Below, in pieces: positions 1 through 6,632 of a stretch of 26,654 bases of DNA. The translations under genes and the position numbers were made by a program. The stretch is taken from NCBI GenBank assembly GCA_050298055.1, contig JBNKTL010000054.1:5962-32615 (forward strand). The letters are read 5' to 3'. The notes under the pieces are model-generated. The model saw only the letters and a program-made list of their open reading frames with translations. It was not told the DNA's origin and made no database searches. The stretch is from Spirochaetota bacterium (GTDB lineage Bacteria; Spirochaetota; UBA4802; UBA5550). How positions within the stretch are numbered: the first letter of the stretch is position 1; each line of letters begins with the position of its first letter.

Positions 1-882
1 ACCGTTGAAGTTGACGGCAGCCAGTATAATTCAGTGCTCAGGGGGAAGCTCCGAAAAGATGAGCGGCTGAAGAGATTTTCCGATCCCGTTGCCACCGGGG
101 ACCTTGTTGATTTTGAAATAAGTGAAACGGGGGAGGGGATCATCAACGGTGTCCATGAGAGGAGAAATACATTTACCCGGATGGACAGCAGGAGCAGGAA
201 GGAAGACCTCATAGCCGCGAATCTCGATATGATCGTAGTCATCCAGGCCTTCAGGATGCCGCGGCTCAACCTCAGGTTTGTAGACAGGCTTATGGTCCGG
301 GGTGAGAAGGAGGGGATACCGCTTCTTCTCTGCGTGAACAAGTCGGACTTGGCTGATACGGGTGACATTTCCTACCTCAGGGAATACTATGAGAACACCG
401 GTACCGGGATTATCATTACAAGCGCCGTAACCGGAACAGGTCTTGACCGGCTGAAAAAGAGCCTCAAGGGCCGTACTTCCCTCCTGGCAGGATATTCCGG
501 GGTGGGCAAATCCACTCTCCTTAACCGGCTCTATCCGGAACTTGAGCTCAGGACCGCGGAAGTATCGGACTCTACTCAGAAGGGGCGGCACACAACCACG
601 AATGTTGAAATGATGCTCCTGGAAGAAGATACATTCATACTGGACACTCCCGGTTTCAGAGAATTCGGGCTTATGGATATAGAACCTCACCTCCTGGGCA
701 ACTACTTTCATGAATTCGGAGAATATGCCCGATCATGCAACTTCAGAAGCTGTACCCATGACCACGAGCCGGGGTGCGAAATCAAGCACCAGGTTGAAGA
801 GGGAAAGATCTCCGGTGACAGGTATGTTTCCTATCTCAATATTCTCAATTCTCTCAGGGAGCAGTATGACAACATGTACTGA
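1..882 (+). CDS. rsgA: Ribosome small subunit-dependent GTPase A (5'-truncated by the window edge)
   Basis: Frame is open from base 1 (TVEVDGSQYNSVLRGK...). Circularly permuted G motifs NKSD, GYSGVGKST, GRHTT, DTPG. C-terminal zinc finger CNFRSCTHDHEPGC. Confidence 0.95.
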   Translation, partial: TVEVDGSQYNSVLRGKLRKDERLKRFSDPVATGDLVDFEISETGEGIINGVHERRNTFTRMDSRSRKEDLIAANLDMIVVIQAFRMPRLNLRFVDRLMVRGEKEGIPLLLCVNKSDLADTGDISYLREYYENTGTGIIITSAVTGTGLDRLKKSLKGRTSLLAGYSGVGKSTLLNRLYPELELRTAEVSDSTQKGRHTTTNVEMMLLEEDTFILDTPGFREFGLMDIEPHLLGNYFHEFGEYARSCNFRSCTHDHEPGCEIKHQVEEGKISGDRYVSYLNILNSLREQYDNMY

Positions 883-890
883 AACAGGCT

Positions 891-1646
891 ATGATTGATG
901 TGAGGGACCTTCATATATCCTTTGAAAAGAAGCCGGTAATAGAATCTCTCAGTTTCCATGTTGAGAAAGGGTCCACACTTGTGATTCTGGGAAAGAACGG
1001 TTCCGGAAAGTCTGTGATATTGAAGGCAATTGCCGGGCTGCTTCCCGGTTACAGCGGAGATATCCGCATTAACAAAAGGGAGACAGGTGATTTTTTTTCC
1101 GGAAGAGACCGGGGCGCGGGTTCCCGTGATGAAACCGTTCTTGCATATGTTTTTCAGAAGGGCGGGCTTTTTGATTCAATGACCGTTTTTGAAAATGTCT
1201 CCTTCGGTCTTGAGCGGTCGGGATATAACCCGGCGCTCCTCAGGGAAAAAGTCCTGGCTTCACTGAAGAGAGTGGGGCTTGAGGGGAATGAGAATAAGCT
1301 CCCCTCTGAGCTTTCAGGAGGGATGCAGAAACGTGTTGGCCTCGCCCGGGCCATATGTCTCGATCCGGATATCATCCTCTATGATGACCCCACGGCAGGT
1401 CTCGATCCCATCCTTTCGGATTCCATCGCGGACCTTATGGTTGAAATAAAAAATTCAATTGACGCGACATCAATAGCCGTAACACATGATCTCAGGGTCG
1501 TCCGTAAGATCGCCGATACCGTTGTCCTTGTCTATGGGGGCAGGTCTGTTTTTACCGGAACATGCCATGAGTTTTTCAGCGGAACGGATAACTACGCGGA
1601 ACAGTTTATCCGGGGTGAGATTGAAGGGCCTATTGATATTTTTTAA
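891..1646 (+). CDS. ABC transporter ATP-binding protein, MlaF/Ttg2A-like
   Basis: Walker A GKNGSGKS, Q-loop YVFQKGGLFDSMTVFENV, signature LSGGMQKRVGLARA, Walker B/D-loop ILYDDPTAGLDP, switch THD. C-terminal QFIRGEIEGPI is typical of the MlaF family. Confidence 0.85.
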   Translation: MIDVRDLHISFEKKPVIESLSFHVEKGSTLVILGKNGSGKSVILKAIAGLLPGYSGDIRINKRETGDFFSGRDRGAGSRDETVLAYVFQKGGLFDSMTVFENVSFGLERSGYNPALLREKVLASLKRVGLEGNENKLPSELSGGMQKRVGLARAICLDPDIILYDDPTAGLDPILSDSIADLMVEIKNSIDATSIAVTHDLRVVRKIADTVVLVYGGRSVFTGTCHEFFSGTDNYAEQFIRGEIEGPIDIF

Positions 1647-1664
1647 TTGAGAGGACACTATTCC

Positions 1665-2660
1665 ATGAAGATGAATGTCAGGAAAGATGCAGAGTTTGAT
1701 GTATACGCTATGGGATCAGCCCTGCTTGATTTTACCGTTGAAGCCGATGAAGAACTGCTGAGAAAATTCCAGCTGAACAAGGGAAAAATGCACCTTATTG
1801 ATGCGGAATCCAGTATTGAGATCCTCTCTGCACTTGAAACTCATCCCATGACAACTACACCCGGCGGCAGTTCTGCCAATACCGCAGCGGGGATCATGAA
1901 TTTTTCGGGAAAATCAATTTTTAACGGAAAAGTGGGTAATGACAGGCATGGTGAAATCTATATAAGGGAAACGAAAAAAACAGGCGTCGTGTCCGAGATA
2001 AAGAAGGGCCCTTCCATTACCGGGCATGCTATTACATTTATTACCCCTGACCTGGAGAGGACTTTTGCCACACACCTGGGCGCCGCCCTCAACTTTTCCG
2101 AGAGCGATGTCTCCCCAGAAAGCATCGTGAAAAGCAAAATTCTTCATCTTGAGGGATATCTCTTTGAGCCTCCCGGTCTGTACGAAGCCTGTATCCTTGC
2201 CATGGAGAACGCGAAAAGCAACGGGACACTCATATCCCTGGACCTCTCTGACCCGGCCCTTATCGGAAGGATCTATGACAGGTTTGAAAATGTCGTTAAA
2301 GAGTATGCTGATATTATCTTTGTCAATGAAGATGAAGCGGAAGCCTTTACCGGGAAAAAAGAGGCGGATGCTCTTAATCTTATATCTCAAAACTGCAGTT
2401 TTGCCGTTGTTAAGCTTGGCCCTGAGGGGAGTCTTATCAGGTATAATGATATCATAAGCGAGATCCCGGCCTATCCCGCAGACCTGGTCAATACAAACGG
2501 GGCGGGGGATATGTATGCCGCCGGGGCCCTTTACGGAATATGCCGGGGGTTTTCCGCCGGGATGTGCGGTAAGCTGGGCAGCTACGGAGCCTCACTGGTT
2601 GTTTCCCGGGGAGGGGCCAGGTATGACGGGACTATTTCAGTTGATGATATTCCGGTCTAG
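1665..2660 (+). CDS. PfkB-family carbohydrate kinase (adenosine kinase-like)
   Basis: Motifs GSALLD, PGGSSAN, GKVGND, NEDEA, KLGPEG, NTNGAGD. Start moved to ATG 1665, behind the GAGGA RBS at 1651-1655. Confidence 0.88.
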   Translation: MKMNVRKDAEFDVYAMGSALLDFTVEADEELLRKFQLNKGKMHLIDAESSIEILSALETHPMTTTPGGSSANTAAGIMNFSGKSIFNGKVGNDRHGEIYIRETKKTGVVSEIKKGPSITGHAITFITPDLERTFATHLGAALNFSESDVSPESIVKSKILHLEGYLFEPPGLYEACILAMENAKSNGTLISLDLSDPALIGRIYDRFENVVKEYADIIFVNEDEAEAFTGKKEADALNLISQNCSFAVVKLGPEGSLIRYNDIISEIPAYPADLVNTNGAGDMYAAGALYGICRGFSAGMCGKLGSYGASLVVSRGGARYDGTISVDDIPV

Positions 2661-2773
2661 TACTTCGACTGCGTGATTTTTTACTCATCATGATTGGATA
2701 ACTGCCGGAATATCCGACTATTAAGAGAATCTTATTGGTACATGATCACGCGGGCTCAGCACAGGAAAGATTA

Positions 2774-3763
2774 TCAGTTACTGTTAAAAAGGTGCGCCAG
2801 GTTTTCCAGGGCCTGTTTGTATGTGTCTTCGAAGTTCAGCTTTGACTGGTAGCCTGCTGCGTTCTTATGGCCGCCCCCGTTGTTGGCAATGGCAATTTCC
2901 GCAACATTGTAATTTCCCTTTGTCCTCATGCTTACCTTAACGGGGCCGTTGCCGCTGTGTTTTACAAGAAGGCTCGCAACAACACCCTTTACCGTAAGGG
3001 GAAGGTTGATCGCGGGTTCTCCTTCTTCAAATGTTGCCCCGGTCTGTTCGATCATCTTTGGTGTCAGTTTCATGGCGATGAGCTTTCCGTCGTAATAGAC
3101 CTCAATGGAAGAGAGTATCTCGCTTCTCAGCTTGAAGCTGGAGAGGGTATTGTTTTCATAGAGGTATTCATGTATCAGGGGAGGTTTAACGCCCAGTTCA
3201 AGGCAGGCCGCGGCCACCCTGTATGTATTTGCGGTTGTTTTCGGATATTTGAAGGACCCGGTGTCAAAAACCATCCCTGTAAAGAGCGACTGGGCATCTT
3301 TGAAATTGAATTCCTTTTCAAAGTGTTGAAAAGCCATGTAGACTATCTCCGCGGTTGATGAGGCCTCAGCCTTCAGGTGGAAGGTGTCGCCCACCCCCAC
3401 AGTACCTTCGTGGTGGTCAATAATGAAAAGCGACTTTACCCTGTCTTTCAGGATTTCGTATGCGGTGCCGATGTTGTCGTAATCATTGGTGTCCAGAACA
3501 AACTGCGCATACTCTTCTATGTTATCGGGAACAGTGTAACCTGCACTGAGCTGGTTTATCTCGTTGTCCGCATCGAGGAATTTCAGGTTTGCCGGTGTGG
3601 AATCGGAGTTGATGATGAGTGTCTCTTTGCCCAGTTCCCTCAGTAAATGACAGAAGGCGAGCTGTGCACCGATACCGTCAGCATCAGGACTCTGATGGGT
3701 CGACACAACAAACTTTTCGTGCTGATTGATGTAGTTTTTCAGGTTTGTAAAGTCAATTTCCAT
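2774..3763 (-). CDS. nrnA: DHH/DHHA1 phosphoesterase, bifunctional oligoribonuclease/PAP phosphatase NrnA-like
   Basis: Motifs THQSPDADGIG, IIDHH, DTGSFKY, KVSMRT, GGGHKNAAG. Starts 2 bp after the glyQ stop. Confidence 0.88.
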   Translation of the reverse strand: MEIDFTNLKNYINQHEKFVVSTHQSPDADGIGAQLAFCHLLRELGKETLIINSDSTPANLKFLDADNEINQLSAGYTVPDNIEEYAQFVLDTNDYDNIGTAYEILKDRVKSLFIIDHHEGTVGVGDTFHLKAEASSTAEIVYMAFQHFEKEFNFKDAQSLFTGMVFDTGSFKYPKTTANTYRVAAACLELGVKPPLIHEYLYENNTLSSFKLRSEILSSIEVYYDGKLIAMKLTPKMIEQTGATFEEGEPAINLPLTVKGVVASLLVKHSGNGPVKVSMRTKGNYNVAEIAIANNGGGHKNAAGYQSKLNFEDTYKQALENLAHLFNSN

Positions 3764-3765
3764 TG

Positions 3766-4659
3766 TTATACCGAGGCTCCTTCCTTTTTAATAAGGGGGA
3801 ATCCCATCTCCTCTCTAATTTCAATATATCTTTCGGCGCATCTTCTTGCGATATTTCTCACCCGTGTTATGTATCCCACTCTCTCTGTTACCGAAATTGC
3901 TCCCCGGGCATCCAGCATGTTGAACGCGTGGGAACACTTAAGAACATAGTCGTAAGCGGGAAGGACCAGGCTGACGCCTGTATTGTCAAGTATTGCAAGA
4001 CACTCTTTCTCGTAGAGATCAAAGAGTTTGAAGTGAAGATCTGTATCGGCAATATTAAAATTGTAGTGTGAAAATTCAAACTCGCTTCTGTGGTGAACGT
4101 CCCTGTAGGTAAGATCTTTGTTCCACTTAATGTCAAAAATACTGTCAACTCCCTGGATGTACATACAGATTCTCTCTATACCGTAAGTCAGCTCCACGGT
4201 TACCGGGTCCAGTTCAACACTCCCGCATTGCTGGAAATAGGTAAACTGGGTTATTTCCATCCCGTCCAGCCAGACTTCCCATCCAAGCCCCGATGCTCCC
4301 AGTGTCGGTGATTCCCAGTCATCTTCCACGAACCTCACATCGTGTTCTTTCAGGTCGATACCGAGGTATCTGAGTGATTCAAGATACTTATCCTGGACGT
4401 CAAGAGGGGAGGGTTTCAGAACAGCCTGGTACTGGTAATAATGCTGGAGCCTGTTGGGATTGTCTCCGTATCTGCCGTCTGTGGGTCTTCTTGAGGGTTC
4501 CACATATCCGGCGTTCCACGGCTCCGGACCCAGGACCCTTAAGAAAGTTGCCGGATTGAATGTACCGGCACCCACCTCCGTATCGTACCCCTGGACGATT
4601 GTACACCCGTTTTGGGCCCAGAACTCGTTTAGTTTGGCAATTAAATCCTGAAAATACAT
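3766..4659 (-). CDS. glyQ: Glycine--tRNA ligase alpha subunit
   Basis: [80 protein letters not shown]. Confidence 0.97.
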   Translation of the reverse strand: MYFQDLIAKLNEFWAQNGCTIVQGYDTEVGAGTFNPATFLRVLGPEPWNAGYVEPSRRPTDGRYGDNPNRLQHYYQYQAVLKPSPLDVQDKYLESLRYLGIDLKEHDVRFVEDDWESPTLGASGLGWEVWLDGMEITQFTYFQQCGSVELDPVTVELTYGIERICMYIQGVDSIFDIKWNKDLTYRDVHHRSEFEFSHYNFNIADTDLHFKLFDLYEKECLAILDNTGVSLVLPAYDYVLKCSHAFNMLDARGAISVTERVGYITRVRNIARRCAERYIEIREEMGFPLIKKEGASV

Positions 4660-4732
4660 TTAAACCTCGAATGATATTGTTGCAACTCTATCCTGCCGGG
4701 TCTTTAAAGATTCCCCGCCAGGATTGTCACAT

Positions 4733-4762
4733 ATAATAATTCCTCTGTATAATTTTCGTCAA
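4733..4762 (-). promoter_or_regulatory. Putative sigma70 promoter of glyQ-nrnA
   Basis: Minus strand TTGACG (4762-4757), 18-nt spacer, TATTAT (4738-4733), about 75 nt upstream of the glyQ ATG. Confidence 0.5.
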
Positions 4763-4850
4763 GCAAATAACAATAATAGGGTGTAATTATTATGCTTTCC
4801 AATCTATTTTACAATGATTACAGTAAGAAACAAGCGGCAGTGGAAAAAAG

Positions 4851-4876
4851 TGAATTCCCGTTTTCACGGGAATGAC
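4851..4876. repeat. REP/dRS3-like palindrome ATTCCC-N8-GGGAAT-GAC, possibly a terminator of the HDOD gene
   Basis: tgaATTCCCgttttcacGGGAATgac, about 30 bp downstream of the HDOD gene stop codon. Confidence 0.55.
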
Positions 4877-4903
4877 AGAGAAAAAAATCTCCCTTTCTGG
4901 AAA

Positions 4904-6400
4904 TCATTTTTGTTCGTATGTCTTCTGGAGTATATTGTGAAGGGTATTAAAACTCTTTTCATCCTTTAAGTTGAAGTAATTGAGTACGTCCTCATCAACA
5001 ATATCATATTTTGATTTCTTTTTCTCAATATTTAAAAAAATGTCAGCAAGGTAGACGATATAAATCAGGGATTTTTCGCTTTCAGGGGCCATGAAAGGGC
5101 GTTGATGGTATTCGATTGTCTTAATAAGCGCATCATGAAAATTCCACTTGGCGGCAATCATACCTCCCAGGGTGCTGTGACTTAATCCTATACTCATCTC
5201 CTCAAGAAGGTCTGAATTATCGATTCCCTTGAAACCCGCGATTGTTTTCAGCCTGGTCATCTGTTCTGAACTTATAGAAAGCATAACTATCCTGCCCAGG
5301 TCAGCAAGAAGTGCGGCAAGATACGCGTTATCAGTCAACTTTGACTGATTCATCTGCAGGGAGAGCTTCTGCGCGTAAAACGCTCTTTTGTACGAGTCCT
5401 TGAAGATTGCTTCGTATCGTTTATATTTTGATTTAATAATATCGGTTACACCGGTGGCAACAAGCAGGGTATTAATTCCCTTGATGCCGATTATCATAAC
5501 GGCTTCTTCAATAGTATCAACCATTTTTGATGTGATATAACCCGCGGAATTGGCAAGCTTGAGGATTGATGATGCCAGTCCCGCATCCATGGATATTGCC
5601 ATGGATATCTCCTTTATTTCCACATCGGGGTTTTTACAGAGATCCTGTATTATCCTGATGTTTTCAGGAAAAGCGGGAAGGCTGTCAATTTCAGTAATAA
5701 TTTCGCTTGCTATCCTCTTCTGTGATTCTGTTTTTGTCATGCCCTGAGGAATTGAAAGTGTGGCAATTGTCAGGTCGTCCTTTCTGTAGATCTGGAATGA
5801 ATCTGCGGGAAGACCCGCGTTTTTAAAAAGCATCATTGCCATTATGAGCCCCAGGCCGGCGCCCTCGGAATCATCAATGACATCGTCAAATGCATCGGTG
5901 ATATCATGATATTTGTAGGCTTTGACTATCCTGGCTTTGACTTTGTTGAGTTCCTGCTCAAGAATAGGTATATTGTTGATCACATTGATGTGTATATGTT
6001 CTTTTGACGTCTTGAAGGATATTCTTACCACAAGGTTTGATTTTTCAAGTTTATTGAGAAGCTCATTGTTGTCTTTCTGATAGACCTCTTCCTTGAATGA
6101 TTCCATCCCTTTCCGGTAATCATCAATTTTACTTATCTCCAGTTTTTTATTCTTAAAATAAAGCCTCTTGACGTTCGCCTTTACCGCGTTATTAAGAAGT
6201 TCCTTTACAACAGTGAGTATGGGATTTTTCATAAACAGAATATCATACTCCTCCAGGTACCTGTGAATAATCCTTGTGACCACCGATTCAACATCCCTTG
6301 CAAACTGGTGGAACTGGATATAAAACTCCTTTTTTTCTTTTATAGCCTGCATGTAATCAGGAGGATTTGCCGTATAATGTTTTACTATCTCTTTATTCAA
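4904..6400 (-). CDS. HDOD domain signalling protein with an N-terminal HATPase_c-like domain
   Basis: N-box-like ELLNNAVKAN and G-box-like EGAGLGL in the N-terminal half. HDOD features LPAFPE, D.GLASSILKLANSA, TIEEAVMIIG, HSTLGGMIAAKWNF. TTG start behind a GGGAG RBS. Confidence 0.85.
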   Translation of the reverse strand: MNKEIVKHYTANPPDYMQAIKEKKEFYIQFHQFARDVESVVTRIIHRYLEEYDILFMKNPILTVVKELLNNAVKANVKRLYFKNKKLEISKIDDYRKGMESFKEEVYQKDNNELLNKLEKSNLVVRISFKTSKEHIHINVINNIPILEQELNKVKARIVKAYKYHDITDAFDDVIDDSEGAGLGLIMAMMLFKNAGLPADSFQIYRKDDLTIATLSIPQGMTKTESQKRIASEIITEIDSLPAFPENIRIIQDLCKNPDVEIKEISMAISMDAGLASSILKLANSAGYITSKMVDTIEEAVMIIGIKGINTLLVATGVTDIIKSKYKRYEAIFKDSYKRAFYAQKLSLQMNQSKLTDNAYLAALLADLGRIVMLSISSEQMTRLKTIAGFKGIDNSDLLEEMSIGLSHSTLGGMIAAKWNFHDALIKTIEYHQRPFMAPESEKSLIYIVYLADIFLNIEKKKSKYDIVDEDVLNYFNLKDEKSFNTLHNILQKTYEQK

Positions 6401-6462
6401 GTTATGAAAACTCCCGGGAATAGTGTGGTCCGATATAAAACATATTGATTGATATATTATTA

Positions 6463-6602
6463 GTAACTACTCAGCTATATGGCAAAAATAAGCCTATTTA
6501 CTAAAATATTAACAATATGTCCCCGCCGCCTTCGGCGGCGGGGACATCTCAGTTATGTTTATTAATGAATATGATTATTCTTACACATAGCTGAGTAGTT
6601 AC
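6463..6602. mobile_element. 140-bp MITE-like element, copy 1 (intact)
   Basis: Perfect 16-bp terminal inverted repeats GTAACTACTCAGCTAT / ATAGCTGAGTAGTTAC. Flanking 8-bp direct repeat TATTATTA (6455-6462 and 6603-6610). Central hairpin ATGTCCCCGCCGCC-TTC-GGCGGCGGGGACAT (6517-6547). Confidence 0.8.
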
Positions 6603-6632
6603 TATTATTATCGTAAAAAAGTTCCTATATAT

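Noticed and set aside
31..711. 226-aa antisense ORF and the many other overlapping ORFs in the track (e.g. 6706-7272, 10968-11546, 15679-16191, 21026-21547)
   Set aside because: They are shadows of well-supported genes on another frame or strand and have no recognisable motifs.
4660..4903. T-box riboswitch upstream of glyQ
   Set aside because: No T-box (GGTGGNACCGCG-like) motif on the minus strand, and the predicted leader is too short.
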